DNA from: a virus
Lineage: Duplodnaviria; Caudoviricetes
Direction: 5' to 3' (one strand)
IMG/VR virus record: IMGVR_UViG_3300028581_000001
Location: 896-64,895 of that record
DNA length: 64,000 nucleotides
In this document: positions 35,697-49,300 of the stretch, in pieces
How positions within the stretch are numbered: position 1 is the first letter of the stretch
Layout: every line of letters begins with the position of its first letter
Program-made: the position numbers and the translations under genes
Notes under the pieces: generated by a model
Seen by the model: the letters and a program-made list of their open reading frames with translations, nothing else
Told to the model about the DNA's origin: nothing
Database searches by the model: none

Positions 35697-37715
35697 TTAA
35701 GAAATATTTCCTGCAGTTGATAGTAATTGTTCATCAGTATAGTCTTGATATGTTGGAATAGGAGAACTATATTGTTGTTGACCTGACTTCATATCGTAAG
35801 ATGATTCATATCATCATGATGTTGGTCATGATTCATTACTAGGATAATTTCATCATCATCAAGTATATCATGCTCAAGGTCATCATTGTCATTGTCATTG
35901 TCCTGCAAATTGTTTTCTCTGAGTTTGTTCTTTATCAGAGTAAATAATTTTTTCTGGATCAAAATCTTGTCATACAAGAAGTTTTATTATCTCTTGCATA
36001 TTAACTGATTCACCTGCATACTGAAGCATTGCAGGTAATGCTTCTTTAACTGCAGCCCTACTATTTTCTTTTGTAAGTTTATTTAAACTATTATATGTGA
36101 AAGTTATATTCCTTTCATCTATAATAGATCTAATATCAATTCCATTTACATTGAATGTATCAAACTTTTGTTTTCAATCTTTATCTGTAACGAAAACTTC
36201 TTCAACTTTAATTCACATTTTAAGAAGTTCATCTTTAGTATAAAATTTAAAATACATTAGTATCCAAGATCTCATTATATTTCACATCATCTGATCAATA
36301 GAATCTGTAATTGGTGTAAGTTTAGATTTATATTGATTAAACTTCATATCTATACCTCATGATACACGTTCAATAGAACCTTGTCATCACATTATATAAT
36401 TAGATACTCATGATCTTTGTTCTGCAAATGATTGTACTATTTGCATAAAGTTTACTGGTGCAAAATCTGTAGCACCTAACTGGATCTTTTCAATGTTATT
36501 GTTACCATTAGTTCTAAAAGCTTTAAACTTTTTGAAATCAAGAGTTCAGTTTTTACCTATTGGTATATTACCTGATACCCTAAACATAGGCCCCATAACT
36601 AATTTAATGTTATCAAGAAAAGCATTCCATAACATATTGTTTATGTCTTGAAGTCATCAAAGATTATCAGCTACACCATTTGCATTACCTGTTCATGGTA
36701 CTAATGAGAAGTTTGCTTCTCTTATTTCACCTAGATTATATTGCTTCTTACCTGTATATATAAGATTACCATTTATGAATATAACTTTCTGATCGTTTAC
36801 TGTTGTATATTCTACAAGTTCATATGTAGATTTATCTACATTAAGAAAGTAGTTATTTTTAAATTCATCATGAACTCATCATCAAATCTGATCTCATGAA
36901 ATTCATCATACAAGATCTGATTTTTTAATACATACAGGTAGATCAAAATTAAATGAGCTATCTGCATTTATAAATTGAGTAGTTGATGTTAAAGATTTTA
37001 CAGGATTGTAATCATATATAGAAAATCTTGAACCATAATCTTCTTTGTATGCTTTAAGAAGTTTATCTAATTTATCAGGTACAGATTTTTTAGTTTCTTC
37101 TGGATAAGCTTCTTGAAGAGTTGGTATTAATTTAGCTTTAATAGCATCTCATGTTTGAAATGTTCTTACTATCTTATAAGAAGATTTAGTTAATCATTTG
37201 GTTCTATCATACATTACATCAAATATTGATATGTATTGCATAGATGGAGTCTTAACTATTTGATTTATATCTTTACCAAAGAACTTATTTTTAATTTCTT
37301 CTTTAAGAAATATATCTTTAACATATGCTTTACCACAAATTAGAATTTCTTTTGTTGCTTCCTTGAATGTAGCTTTACCAATTCATCTAAAATCAAATGC
37401 TTCAGTACATATTCTTTTAAGTTTTGATTCATTGATTCATACTTCATATCAGAAGTCAAAAAGATTTCAGAACATAGTATCTACTACAGAAGCTACAAGT
37501 GGATAATCTACATTAGATTGCCATTCATCTATTGAAGATAAACGATCAGCTACAAATCATAAATACTTTTTATAATTTGCTATATACTTTGGAAATTCAT
37601 AGTTATGAAATTCCATTGTAGTATCATCTATAATTCTCTTGATATCATCAATATCTTTTTTTGTATCAGGATCTAATTTATATTCCTGCTTTTCTTCAAT
37701 AATTTTATCATTCAT
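35697..37715 (-). CDS. Portal protein (672 aa)
   Basis: Follows terminase; WQSNVDYPLVASVVD, LQDINNMLWNAFLDNIKL, Q/G-rich tail. Confidence 0.8.
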
Positions 37716-37729
37716 AATTAAAGTATTAT

Positions 37730-39802
37730 TTAGTAAAGTCATCTGTGATATCAAGATTTATTATCATCAACAGATTTATCTGAATCATTATATAAATAAG
37801 TTTCATAAGTTCAAGCTTCAGTTACAAAATTCTCTATATCTTTTACAGACTTTAATTCTAGAATTAAGTACATATACATAATTGCATACGCACATGCTAA
37901 TACTAAATCATCTTTCTTAGTTCATTTACCTTTATATAATATAACTTCTCAATGTCCAGATTTTAATTTAATAAAATTATTCATCTGTTCTAATAGATCA
38001 TTGAGATCTCAATTAATCTTAAGTAGATTTGTATTAAATACTGTAGCCATTGTTGTAACAATGGTTCATTTTCTACAATTATAATATCAGTATTTTTTAT
38101 TATATGAAAGTTCTCATTGTCATGTAGACTTTATCCGAGCATCTACAACTCATTTAACATCTTGTTCTGATACTGATTCTCATACTCATGAGCGATCTCA
38201 TATAACTAATAAATTTTTATATTTCTTTTTGTAATCTTCTGCATAAACTAATTGTGTTCAATAAGTTGCATTCAATACTTTTGTTGCAGATTCTATTTCT
38301 CTATGTTTTAAATTAATTAAAACTAATCAACATGTATCTGTCAACTTACCAAGATCAAATCAAAGTATTCTAGGATCACTATCTGTATATTTACTATGAT
38401 TAGCATTTACTATATAAGTTCAAGTATTGAATACATTAGATTCTTCTAATATTATACAGTATCATTTAGAATAGAATTCTTTTTCTCATTTAATTCTTAA
38501 TGCATCCTTAGCAAGTTCTACTTGCTTCTTAAATTCATCTATAGTTTTTCATTGCATCATAGCTTCATTTTCGTCTATAGTTAAACGATATGAAACTATA
38601 TCATCATTATCTATTTCTCAATCTACTAATAATTTATAGAACCAATGGTCAACTGGAGTTTCTTCATTGATTGTAGATACTATAAAAAAATCAGAAGTTT
38701 CGAATGCTGCTCTTTGATGAAAACTTGCCCAGAATGAATTTGTAATACGAGCTGCTTCATCTATTATAGCAAAGTCACATGCAATACCTTCTCACGTTGA
38801 ATTACCTAGTTCATTATTACCTCTATCCATATTGAATAGAGATATAACTTTGAATGTATTTCATGTAAGATTACATTTAATTTCTTGCTTTGCTCTACTT
38901 ATATCAAATAGTCTTTTACCATTATCAAGCTTCTTGAATAATAAATCTCATAAAAGAGATTCAATATACTGCATAGCCTGATCTCAAATGTTTGATTTCT
39001 CAGGTACAAAATATTTAATCTCTCTATAAGGTCTACCACCAAATCATGGTTTAGTTGATAGCAATTCTCTTGCTGCTATTAATGCAGCAAAATATGTTTT
39101 TCATTGTGATCTTGAAGCTCATACAATATTGTATTTCTTCCAATTCATTATTACTTTCTTTGCCCAATTAAATAATTTAAATCAAGCATGTTTACGAAGT
39201 AGGTGTCAATATGCATATCATCTATCAGGATCACCTATAACTTTATTTGTATATCATTGTTCTATTTCAGAATCTAATACTCATTCTAATGAAACATCTT
39301 TAATATTTATTCATACAACTGATCAGGACATAACTCTTTTTTGTTTTTGTTTTCATCAAAATCAAACAAGTTTTTTTTCTGAATCATAATATACTCATAA
39401 TAAATTAAATAGATTTTTAATTATAGTATAAGTAAGATCATCTAATATTCTCTCTTTTGCCATTACTGACAAATAGAATTGAGTAACATTTCTTGTAATA
39501 TCTTTTCATTCAACTATAGGTAAATTTAAAGTAAATGGTTTATTATTAAAAAATTCTTTTATTACTCATCACTCTGGATCAAATCTAATATCTTTAATAA
39601 CATCTGGTTTATATTTTTTGAACCGAACTTCATCTACTACTCTAAATATATCTTCAGTATGTTTATCAACTTCAGAATAGAATAATTTTTGTTTTGATTG
39701 TATTACTGATCTATCACTAATCATAGATCATAAAAAAGATCTAATAGCATCATTTACTTCTTTTGATGAAAACGAATTATTTACATCTGATAATGTTATC
39801 AT
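37730..39802 (-). CDS. terL: Terminase large subunit (690 aa)
   Basis: GASRSQGKT, FAIIDEAA, GFDLGKLTD, KDDLVLA. Confidence 0.9.
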
Positions 39803-40059
39803 TTTATTTTAACTGAATTATTTAATAAGTCTGAAGCTATTATTTTTACTTTCTTGAATTTCTTTCATGGTACGAAAGTTGTAGTAGTTATTCTAACTTG
39901 AAATTTTGCTATTCAAGTTAATGTAAATGTTTTATTATTTGCCATGCTAGAATAAATATATTCTCTTAGTAATTTAAGTGTATCTTTAATGTCTTGTCTT
40001 TTTATTCAATGACTATTAGCATAGTCAACAAAGTCTTCATTAGTATTCGAGTTTTTCAT
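39796..40059 (-). CDS. Divergent HU/IHF-like DNA-binding protein (87 aa)
   Basis: Two helices then FTLTGIAKFQVR..KKVKIIASDLL. Confidence 0.5.
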
Positions 40060-40321
40060 CTTTTCAAATTTTATTAAATATAGCAATCTGAGTTTGGTTT
40101 CATATTCATTTAACTCAGTTTAGTTGTAAAACTAATTTAAGTGTATCTAGTTGAACTTTATTATCGCACATCTCATCTCATTTATTATTTAGAGTTTTTG
40201 CATCTAATAAATCTCAAATCTTTTCTGCTAACTTAGTTCAATCAATATTGATATTTGCAAGAGCCTGTTTCATCTCTTGCAATATATCTTTTGATTCTGG
40301 AACTATTAAGTCTGTTGTCAT
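40040..40321 (-). CDS. Putative terminase small subunit (93 aa)
   Basis: Helical, LLDAK..DNKVQLDTLKL; upstream of terL. Confidence 0.45.
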
Positions 40322-40322
40322 T

Positions 40323-43300
40323 TTACTCTGGGCTAAATGGTAATCATTTTGTTAATCATTTACTAGTACGTACTGGATCTTCAAATCATGTACCTAAAAA
40401 CTTTTGTCTTATTTTTTTGTATGGTGCTTTAAGATTTATATATTTTTTTTCTGTTTCGTCAACTTTTTTCTTAACGACATACATAGGTATTATTCATTTA
40501 GATTGATAACCTTGATAAATATTTGTAATAATTATTCAAGCATACTCTTGATTCATTTCAAATTTAGCAGGATTAAATCAGAATCATTGTGGCCTAAAAT
40601 CTTGTTTAGCATTTAGATATTCTTGTGGATCTCTAGATAAATTTCATTCTTTTCATGGAATAAATTTTCTTATAGGATCAAATTGTTTTGAAAAATTTGG
40701 TCTAGCTCAAGAAAAAGCATTGCTTTTAAATGGAGATTTATAATCTCATGTAGCAGTTCTTTTTCATGCTGTTGCATTTAAATCATTAAGATAAGATTTA
40801 GAATCATAATCCATAGATTCTGTAGAAACTTTAAACATCCAATTAGTTATTTGTTTCTGTGCATCTTGTGTTAATGTTTTGAATCTTTCATTATCATTAA
40901 ATAAATCATATTGAGATTTACTCATTCACATAATTACTGCAGCTTGATTAGCTAGTTTTGATTTCTTTTCCATGAAAGGATTATTTTCAATTTGATTTAA
41001 GAATTTTAATCAAACTTCTATTCATGTCTCATTTCATTTCAATCATTTAAATGCTAATGCGTATTTAGATTGCAATGTTGCTACCTTAGTATCTCAATTC
41101 TTCATTACATTATTAACTAGATATTCTGTTGATACCAATTTCATTATATCATTCTTTGCATATTTAAAATTTTCTGCTTCTTCAAACTTAGTAAATAGAT
41201 CTCAATAATTTTTTTGTACATCTTTCTCTATAATATTCATTACAGAATTATTATCTAAATTAAGATACTCTTGATATTTTAATAATGCATCTCTAGTTAT
41301 TTGATTTTCCTTTTCAGAAGTCAATGCTAATGTTTGCTTTCAAAAATATTGTTTACCAGTTATAATTCAATCTGTTTTTTTAGCTTCTTCCAACTTTAAT
41401 TGTTTTTCCTTATTGATTATCATATAAAGAAATAACGGTGTCTTAAGATGAGTATTCATATCCATTAATGCTAATGATTTTAATAATCATTTATCTACTC
41501 AATTTACTGAAACTATTTGCTCTAAAGTTTTTCAAGTTTGTTTTTCTAATTCTTTATTAATTTGTCACTCAAGAATACTCATAACTTTTTCTGGAGTAAA
41601 TTGTTTACCAGATTTATCAGTTAATATTCTTTTTCATTTTTCATCTAATCTATCATATCAGCTATAATATAATTGATTCAAAATATCTTTTGCATTAGCT
41701 TCTTGATCTAATGTCATTGAAGTTCATTGCATTCATAGTAATGATGAAAGATTATAATCTTTATCAGTAAATCAAATTTGTCATCACTTTAAAAGTTTTC
41801 AAAGATTTGGATCTTTTTGTATTCTTGTTTGTATATCTTTAGAAAGATCTGTTAATACTGAATATGCAATGTTATCATTATCTCATTTTACTAATGAGGT
41901 AAAACCAGATAATACTGATTTTATAAATCATTTATCTTTATAACTTGCAAAATTTTTTCATTCACTTAGTTCTTTAAACATTTCATCTCAATATGTATTT
42001 CATCATAATCATAATATTCAAAGATTAGAATCTTGAGATATTGAATTAAAATAATCATCTGATTCTTTCATTCAATTAAATCTTATTGAAGCAGTATAAT
42101 GTTGTTTGGTTGCATATTGTAATGCTTCAAACATATCTCATTTTCATAATACAGATTGTGCTACATATCTATCGTATGCTGTATTAATAAATGCTCATTG
42201 TTTAAATAATCTAGTCATTCTATCTAATAATGTTTTAGTTGTATACGCAACTTGATCAGATTTAGTTCAATATTCTCAAGCTGTATTCCATGCATTTAAT
42301 TGTTTATCATAAATAATTCTTACAGATACAAATGCATTATTAAATATTTTTTGAAATTCTCATATACTTAATCTATCTTCATTATCTTTTTCATATTTTT
42401 GAAACTTAAGATATATTCAAGTTGTATATAGTATTTGTTTAGCTAGCATTGAATTATACATTGCCCAATCATGAAAGTGTGCTATAAATCATGCAGTATT
42501 TCATAGATATAATTGTTTCATTCAAGTTAATAGAGCTGATTCTTTTTCTATTAATGTTGCAGCTTTATGAAAAGACCATCACATAAGATATGAAAAAGAC
42601 TTGACTGCGAATTGTGTAACAAAATTATCAAACATTAAATATGAATCTTCAAATATTGTTCATGAAGCTATTGCAGAAGATGATACAACTCATCATCATG
42701 AGTTTGCAAAGTTTCTTCTTACTGCAGATTGAAATACATTTTTAAATTCTTGTCATCAGTTTTCAAATGCAAGATTAATAGCTTTCATATCTTTAAATTT
42801 AAACTGTTCCATTGTTTGTAATACGGCTGTAATCTTACGAAGATTCTCTAGTGGCCGATCATTAAATCATAACATATTATTTATAAATGAATCTACCATT
42901 TCACCTGCTCTTTTAGCAGAATCTTTTCACACAACCTTTCAGGCTGCATTTGTAGCTAATTCTTTTGTAAATTTAGATATAGCTTGTTGTAAGAATGATT
43001 GATTTAAATTTTTTCAAAATCATGTACCCATCATTAATACATCTTCAAAATCCATAAGTCATTGTGTCTTTATTAATCTATATGCATCATCTAGTTTATC
43101 AGAATTTTTTGCTGCATATGCTCTTAGTTCTATATAATTTGGCAATATTTGTGACATTCATGCTATAATACTATTCTGAGTTAAGAAAGTTGAAGCAGTT
43201 CAGTATGTCATATTATAATGGAATCATTTAGCAAATCATAATACTTTATCTAACATAGATAATCAGTTTTTAAAAACTGCTTTACTCATTACTTTAATTT

Positions 43301-46300
43301 CAAAATCACTTATATCATAACTCATCATTTCTCAATTTCTATTATATGCCATATTTTTGGCATTGTTTTTTAAATATTCATGAAAATCAGCTTCATCTTT
43401 TATTCATATTAATTTCAATGCAAATTGTGCATCTCATTTATGAGCTTCTAATAAATCAGTTACTAATGTAAATGGTGCTTCTAATTTTGAATAAATAGAA
43501 TAAACATCTTTTTTAAATAAAGAATTTATTTCATTTAATGCAATTATAATTGGATCAATAACATTAGTTTGATAATCAGTTAATATAGTTTTAAATTTTG
43601 CATCATCTAATAATTTTAATATTGATCATTTAGAACTTATTCATTTATCACTTTTCATTTTATCAATAGCTATATCTAGATTTGGTCTAGAGAATACTCA
43701 ATCTTTTGATTCTATTAAATAATATGAAAACTTTTTTTCTATATCTGAAATATCTTTAGCAGATAATCAAGTTTTTTTCATTTCTCTATATATAGTATCT
43801 CATGTATTAAACCAATTATGTGAGAACTGTCTTACATGTTCATCACTAGCATTTGATATTATTCTTTTAGATCATAAAGAAATTTCTTTTTCAACTCAAT
43901 TTTCTGTAATAGTTCTAAAAGTTTGTCTTTCTCTATTTAATAATCATTGAATAGTATCAAATGTTGTTAATAATCTTGGTGCAAATTTATTGAATAGAGA
44001 TTGTTTAGTTAATTTAATTCAATCTTTTGCTAATGAAACTGCATCAGTAAACTCTGACATAATTTCATTTACTGCCTGAGTTGATCTATCTACTGTATTA
44101 AAACTAAATTCTGGAAATACATAGTTATCTATATCTTGTATTTCTACTTTATTTGAAATTATAGAAGAATCTATAATCGGATCTTCAAGTAATTTATTAT
44201 TTTCAATTTCATATATTGTTTTTTTAGTACTTTCAATTGACGTCATTACTTTTTCAGCTCATTCTGTATCTCATGATTTTTGTAATAATTCTAAATCTGC
44301 TTCCATTTCTTTTAATAGTTTTGGAAAATATTCATTATCAAATTTATCAATTCACATATGTTCTTCAAAATTGACATCTAATCATATATTTTTTAATCTA
44401 TCTCATTTTATATTATCAGAATCTCATAGGAATTTTAATTGTAAATTATTATTTATAAAATTAAATATTCTATTCTCTCATAATGTAATAGCATAAGCTG
44501 CTCAAATTCATTGGTATTCTTCTGGTAATACTTTAATATATTCTATTAAATCTTTTTTAATTAATTTTTGAGCTTCTTTATTTCATTTCTCATCATATAT
44601 ATTTTTAATCTTTTTAAGATAATCTAATATAGTAAATTTTCACATAGATCATGTAAATTCTTGTTTAAGTATATCTTCATAATCTTTTACAAAAATATTA
44701 TTATCTTTAATAAAACTATTTAATCTATCTTCTCTTTTAACTAATCATGCTATTTTTGTTTTATTATTTTCAATTTGCATTTCAATAGTTCATGTATTCC
44801 ATTTTTTTATTTTATAATTTAATAATTTACTTTCATTGCTTTTTAAGAAAAATTTTTCATTATTTAATAATTTTTGAGTATCTATTAAGCTGCTTCTGGC
44901 AGTTGCAGTATCTAATAATCATAATTTAATTAAAATATTTTCTTGTAATTCATCTTTAGAAAAATTATATATTCAATTATATGATCATATATCTTTTGAT
45001 ATATATCACATAGAATATCAATTTACATTTTCTAAATCATTAAGTATATCAGTTAATAATTTATTACTTTTATTATCTTTAAAATTTTTACATAAAAATA
45101 TTATATCATTAGAAGTATTGATTGCTTCTATATATTCTCATATAGTTGTTTTTCAATTAAACATTTCTTTATCATTGAAAAATGATTCTATTATTTCTCA
45201 TTTATGTCAAAGAGTTCATAATAATAATAAATAATTTTGTTCATCTTTATTAAATACTGCATGAGTATATCAATTTTCTTCAGTAACTATTTTTCATATT
45301 TTATAATCTGGACTTTTTTCTAATAATTTAGTTATTTTAATATAAGACCTTTTTAATTGAGATAATTTTTTCTCATCCATTTTTATTAACTTATATCATT
45401 TTGCTAATGGAGAAATTAGATCATGATAATAAATTCATATATTATTATCTATTCATGCATATTCTAATAAATCTTTAAACCAATTTTTATCGAATTCTGT
45501 TTTTCCTGAATTACCAAAGTCTAATGTTAATTGTAATATAGAAGCAGCAGAAGCATTATATTTTCTTAAATCTCATGTAAGAAGTTTTTGTCATATATTT
45601 TTATATAAATCTTCTATTGTAATTGTATCAAGTAAGTTTGGATTTTTTAAATTAGATGGATTTAATTCTGATCTAATTTTTCTTTTTCAGAATTTAATTT
45701 TATCATCTCATGTTAATGATTCATATTTATCAAATACTTGTCTTAGTATAGATATTGTTCTAAGAGTAGCAGAAACTATTCATACTGATTGTTTTGCTTC
45801 AAGTGCTACTGCTCTTGATTCCCATAATGAAACTTCTTTAGGAAATAATTTATCTAATTCATTTTTTAAATAATTAAATAATTTTGGTGCTTTAGTTTCT
45901 AGCATTGCTTTATCAGTTCATATTCATCACTCAGATACAACAATTACTTTTCAACTTGCTTTTGCATTGATAATTGCTTCATCTACTTGTTTTTTAAATA
46001 TATCAAAATCTGCATCTGTAAAATATGAACTAGCATCTGTTCATCTATTCTTTTTTGTATCAATTCAAATTGCATTTGGTAATCATCTTATAACTGCTTG
46101 TGTTGAAGTTGGTACATGTTTAGTATTTAATCTATCGTCAGTATTATCTCAGAATAAAAATACTTTATCTTCTATATTCTCAATATCAGATCTTTTCCAA
46201 TGTCATTTATATTTTTCATTTCTTAATCATTTATCTACTTGATCAGCAATTATATAATTATTAAGATGTTCTCAATTTTTAAATTCATCTATAAGATTTC

Positions 46301-49300
46301 TATTCTCTGATAACTTTATTCAGAAAATAGATTTTCAAACTATATCTCAAAACTCTGATTCTGCATTAATAAAGAATACGTGATCTCAATCATTATCTCA
46401 TTCAAGTTTTAGATATGTTGTGATTGGATTTGTTACTACTTGATCTCATCACATATTTTCATATTCTTGCCATAATTTTTTTCAATTATTATCTACTTCA
46501 TCTGAAAATCTAATTCTGTACATACCAAGATTATATTCTGATGGTACAGGATATCTATATCAGATTGTAAATAATGGTTCTTTAAAATTTTTAATTGCTT
46601 CAATTTTATCTTTATCTGCAACTGTATCTAACTTAGAAAGTTTATCTTCTATTATTCATTTAACTAATTGTGAATCTTTAGATACTATAATTTCTTCAGC
46701 TGTAATTTTATTAGTAGATTCTCTAATAAATACAGAGGTTCATTTATCTTGTGGTTTATTTAATATCTCATCTACTTCTGATAAGAACTGTTTTAATCTT
46801 CATCATGCAACTGAATCTGTTAATGTTCATCTTTTTACCAATCAAACAACTCTAGATATTATATTATCAATATCAGAAATATTATTAAAATTAATATTAA
46901 AATCTCATAATGAATTAATATTATTTTGAAATGATTTTTGAATTGCTTTTAATTGAAGTTCTGTCAATGCTTTTGAATATTCATATCATAATCTTGACTT
47001 AATAGAATCTGACAATGTAGTCATATCATCATCTGATGTTGATTCAGAAGATGCATTTCTAAAGAATGATGTATCTGTTCATTCTACTTCTCATAAAACT
47101 TTGTATAGTTTTCAATCAATTATTATATCTTTAGGTGTATCGAATGTAACATATCATCATTCTAATTTTAATGATGATTTTCAAATAACTACTGCGTTAT
47201 CAAGTTTGCTTCATTCATATACTATTTCTGCAGAATTAAATAATGTTTTTCAAAGCACTCTACCATTATCTCATACATCTCAATAGAAGTGATCCTTGAA
47301 TTGGAATACATCTTCTCAATCTCATCATTGAATTCTATCTCTAAGTCTTGCCATATGTCAAGAAATAAATGATGTTCAATCTTGATTATCCTTATTAAAT
47401 GCTGAATCTAAGAAACTTACTTGTTCATCTGGATCTGTTATAGATACTAATCTTTTTCTAATATATTCTGGAGTATCTTTATTTGCAATAGTTCTATCTA
47501 CGTTAATTGTTTTATCATCATTGTATTTAATCCAACTATTATCAAATTGTTTTGCTAATACTAATGTTTTAAGTGGAATCTTAATATCATCAAATGTTGA
47601 AAAATTTGACATGTTAGCAGACTCTCTTTTACGAATGTTATTAGTTTCTAAAATAATTCATCTTCATTCTCTTTTAATTCAGTTAGATTCTTTAAATTTA
47701 TTTTCAATAATGTTAAGATCTTTTTTAAAAGCTTCATACGTAGAATACTTTATATTCTTAAATTCAGATGAAAATTTATCCCAATCTATTTTAACTTTTA
47801 ATCCTGTATGATTAAAGTATCAATTCTTTAAAGCATATTCGTATTCGAATAAATCTAATTCTATTCTAGATTTTTCTATATCTTTTATTTTACTATCATA
47901 TATAGAAAGATCTGATCTATATAACGTAAATACTGAATCCTTGTCTCAGAAGTTTCAAGCAAATACATCTCATTTTCTAATATGTAACTGTTCAATTACT
48001 CTAGCTCTAAGATCTTTTAAAATAATTTTTTTCTTATTTAAATAACTTATTAAATCTACTGAAATAAGATTTGTTTGATTATTTATTAATGCTGTTATGA
48101 ATTTATAAATTTCTCATTGAGTAACATATGCATAATTTATATAATTTTGTTCTATTATTCAATATTGACTTTTAAAAAAGTTATCAAATATATTTTTTAA
48201 TGTAAGTTCTGATCAGTATTTATCAATCTTTCATGACTTAATTATTCAGAATTTTCATCAATCAATTCATCTTAAGAAATTTACATTCATTCATTTTTCA
48301 ACCATTTGTTGAAGCTGTATAATGTTTTCTGTATATTTATCTGGCTCTACTTCATCTTTTAATGCATAAGTAAAATCATCTACTTCTTCAATGGATACGT
48401 TAATATCTGCTTTAACTCTTTCTCATTTAGCATTAGTATAGTCATTTGATTTATTTCATAATGCTCTAATCTTTTTGAAAAGATCTTTACCTTGTCATCT
48501 TTTGGTATTATTAATATCCTTAAGTAATACTTCCATAATATTATCAGCATCATTAATAGATACTTTATATCATGATATATCTAGTATTTCTTTTATAAAT
48601 GCTTTATATCAATCAAGTTTTCTTTTGTTAATATATTCTCATTTAGCATCTTTAAAATATTCTTTACTATTAAGATCTTTTATTAAATCTGAGAATTTAT
48701 TATCTCATAAATTAAATAGATCAGAAGCTGATAAATCATAGTTAATATCTTTTTTAATTAATTTTGGATCTATTAAATATTTTTTTCATTCTAACCAATC
48801 TTTTAATATAAATGGTCATCATAATATATCATTAAATGATTTATTAGATTTATTTATTAATTTATTATAAATATCAATTGATTCTTTTATTTCTAATCAG
48901 TATTCTTTTATTAAATTGTCTATAGTAAATTCTATTTTTCTTGGTTCATAATTTTTTATTACTTTTACATTTTTTCAATTATGTTCTAAAAATTCATTTT
49001 GTGGCATATCATAAATAAATATTTTTCAATCTTCTTTTAATAATGCTACTTTATGATATATTGATTCTCAAAATAAATTTCATTTAATTCATACATCTAT
49101 TGGATATACATCCATTCATTCTATTAATAATTTATTAATATTAAATTTTGATGTATAACTACATGGTAAATTATTATATGAATATTCTTTTCCTATCGTT
49201 ATTAATGATTCATTATCTTTTCAAGAATATGCCCAGTCTATAATTGCTTTGTTAATCTTTGGCTCTTGTCATGTCTTTGTATTATTAAAGAATGCTACAA

